DNA from: a virus
Lineage: Duplodnaviria; Caudoviricetes
IMG/VR virus record: IMGVR_UViG_3300020049_004561
Location: 7,593-71,592 of that record
Reading direction: 5' to 3' (one strand)
DNA: 64,000 nucleotides
This document shows, in pieces, positions 63,443-64,000 of this stretch. A program made the position numbers and the translations under genes. Position 1 is the first letter of the stretch. Each line of letters opens with the position of its first letter. The notes beneath the pieces were generated by a model. That model was not told the DNA's origin, did not search any database, and saw nothing but the letters and a program-made list of their open reading frames with translations.

Positions 63443-63703
63443 TTAGACTTTCTCCAGGTTGCTGGTTGTAGTGAACTGGATTGAACCGCAATCCCATCGG
63501 ACGACACAATTCTGGGACATACCGGGAATTGGTTCCTGATCCATTTCTTCGATTGTACCAATCAATCGCGATTGTTCGTCATAGTACCGCTTCGCTCTGG
63601 ATTTCTCCGGTTCTCTCCCTGCGGATTGCCATTGATCCCGTAGGGATTGCAGATATCGACCAGAGCGAACGAGTTGGACACGTGAACCGATTGTTAGGGG
63701 CAT
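63443..63703 (-). CDS. hypothetical protein
   Basis: MPLTIGSRVQL...VVRWDCG...NLEKV, an SH3-like small phage protein pattern. Confidence 0.5.
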   Translation of the reverse strand: MPLTIGSRVQLVRSGRYLQSLRDQWQSAGREPEKSRAKRYYDEQSRLIGTIEEMDQEPIPGMSQNCVVRWDCGSIQFTTTSNLEKV

Positions 63704-64000
63704 GATGGATGGTCCAATAGGGTTTGAACTGGTCCAGTTCAGTTCGCAACATGCAAACCGAACTGGACGAATTCTAATCTCCGTTTTCGGCGGATGGAAT
63801 ACATCTTGACTACTTTTTTCCGCAGACTCCCGACCTGCCAAAATGGCAGACGACCATTGCCTGTCATTCTGGCAGACAACCTGGAATCCTCGCATGCGAA
63901 CCTGACGCGAGGTCAGTCTGACCTCATTCCAAGAATGGTCCAATGCAGACTTCGGAACGATCCCGGACGATGGTAACGTCTCATTCCCGTCTCGCATCGT

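Noticed and set aside
1-64000. Genome-wide TAG reassignment (alternative genetic code)
   Set aside because: Long core genes are open in code 11, and many end at TAG followed by an SD or overlapping start (for example 2088, 3792, 24583, 28327, 43336). I found only one convincing internal TAG.
1-64000. CRISPR array, reverse transcriptase/DGR, intein or group I intron in core genes
   Set aside because: No regularly spaced repeats, no RT motifs, no adenine-variable repeat pair seen by eye, and TerL, portal, capsid and primase-helicase are of normal length

Overview
The window is a large part of a dsDNA tailed-phage genome, probably a siphovirus: it has a 1022-aa tape measure, a tail tube gene and no sheath gene. 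The host cannot be read from the sequence. Cys-rich tail proteins, secreted-type peptidases and ECF-sigma-like genes are compatible with a Planctomycetota host, but that is inference. There are three transcription blocks. (1) 1-15.1 kb leftward: T7-gp5-like DNA polymerase (5' part only), RuvC, methyltransferases, ThyX, portal, terminase, HNH, metallophosphoesterase, dNMP kinase and an HD phosphohydrolase. (2) 16.0-47.5 kb rightward: head, tail, modification enzymes, tRNAs and tRNA-like RNAs, a proteasome-beta-like protease, recombination/replication genes and a peptidase-rich membrane module. (3) 47.5-64 kb mostly leftward: small accessory genes, a serine recombinase, paralog arrays, an M28-like peptidase and two sigma-like genes. 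The most notable observations are: a CUA-anticodon (amber suppressor-type) tRNA together with a gene split by a single in-frame TAG; two homologous non-canonical tRNA-like RNAs; an apparently circularly permuted PD-(D/E)XK nuclease; a protease/PAS membrane module with no recognisable endolysin; a five-gene paralog array; an AT-rich self-complementary control region; and a conserved promoter/operator family. All protein calls come from motif recognition by eye. No database searches were run.
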